A stretch of 64,000 bases of DNA from Camelus dromedarius. Its lineage: Eukaryota. Made by a program: the position numbers and the translations under genes. The DNA is taken from contig NC_087436.1 in NCBI RefSeq assembly GCF_036321535.1, positions 64,916,001 to 64,980,000 on the forward strand, given 5' to 3'. Below the pieces are notes generated by a model. It made no database searches and was not told where the DNA came from. It worked only from the letters and a program-made list of their open reading frames with translations. The stretch's first letter is position 1, and the number at the start of each line of letters is the position of its first letter. Shown here piece after piece: positions 62,796 to 64,000 of this stretch.

Positions 62796-64000
62796 ATTTG
62801 ATTAATGTCAGATCCCAAACTAACTTACAATGTTTATTTACATTTAAATCATCTGGTTTGATGGGCTGTAGGTTCAAAATTGAATATGAGCAGTAAACAT
62901 CTCTGGATCAAATATGACAACCTAAACAGGTCAGTGTTCCAGTGATCTTTTAAAATATAGCCTGGTATATTTTTCCTTTATAATACTAGTATCTTAGTTT
63001 CACATTGGTTTTCAGGGGTGAGAGAACTATGGAATTTGCATCTATTATTTCAATTTCCTAATGAAATTGCGCCAATTAAATTGTGATGGCTGCATAACAC
63101 AATATGTTAAAAATTAAATTTAAGGAACACTTACATGAATAAAAGACAATGCTGATATGTAATAGGACTTCAGGAAAGGCCAAAACATTTTGGAAACCAT
63201 TATTGGGTTCAGAGACTAAATGGGGAGAATATGCTCTTTACTGTACTGAATGAAGACGGGACGATATGGAAAGTACCAACAATGGGCTTTCAGAGTAGAA
63301 ATAATTAAAGTAGAATATAAAGTTATAAATCTAAGTAAATGGCTGATTCCTGGAATGCACTGAAAGGTATCTAATTTCAAAGAGTTTGCTAAACTTACTG
63401 AAATCCTTACTGTATTGTATATTTAACTTCCTTAATCATTGAATGTTTGGTCTCTCTTTAACCAAAACCAACTGATTCAGTGCGCTTTGATTATCTGAGT
63501 GTTTATACAGTTGTTCTTGAGCCCTAAAGCAAATTGTGGATTCATTTCATACAATGGTGCTAATGATAGAAATCAATTTAGAAGATCAACTTTGAGACAC
63601 TGCCAGAAAATTTCAAGTGACATATCTTAAACACTTACACGTGTATTTACATGAGACTTCATTGACAGATTCTCACCACCATCCTTCATCAATCAGGCAT
63701 CAATCAGAGTTAATTGGAAAGACAGAGATACATTCCCAAAATTTCATCAGAAAATTTAACAACATCACTCTGTTTCTGAAAGTTACAGTGAATTTGGCAC
63801 CTCATCTTTTTATGCAGTCTTTTGGAGTCTCAAGATAATAGAAAGGGAATAATAGAATGGATAGGATAATTTGGGAATAAATTGTGTTTGCAGTGAGCTA
63901 TCAAATAAATCATCCTCTAAGAGAGATAACAATAGAAAAAATTTTGGCTCTAGCAATTGGTTATAGATAAGCATTCAAAATGAGACAACTGGGGCTAGGA

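Noticed and set aside
1..64000. CRISPR arrays, operons, intact transposases, endogenous viral ORFs or a CpG-island promoter
   Set aside because: None seen: the DNA is mammalian, the longest ORF is 152 aa, and there is no repeat-spacer periodicity or CpG island.

Overview
AT-rich, CpG-poor mammalian genomic DNA, intergenic or deep intronic. A large part is decayed interspersed repeats: L1/HAL1, L2, MIR, MaLR/ERVL LTRs, hAT and Tigger DNA transposons, and microsatellites. A tRNA-derived SINE resembling camelid vic-1, short artiodactyl-type L1 3' ends and no recognisable Alu/B1/BovB/PRE1 point to a camelid source (inference). I could not support any spliced protein-coding host gene. The one gene-derived sequence is an intronless CD24 retrocopy on the minus strand (9948-11225) inserted inside an MLT1B-like LTR with a target-site duplication. 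It lost Met1 but keeps an open 75-codon frame from Met5, with an intact signal peptide and a degenerated GPI-anchor signal. Other points of interest are a tight AP-1/ARE motif cluster in an old LTR-like element, a CpG-rich Z-DNA-prone tract, nested transposon insertions and a few exon-like segments. Repeat names come from recalled consensus motifs, and their boundaries are approximate unless a TSD is quoted. I see no evidence of a new multi-gene system.
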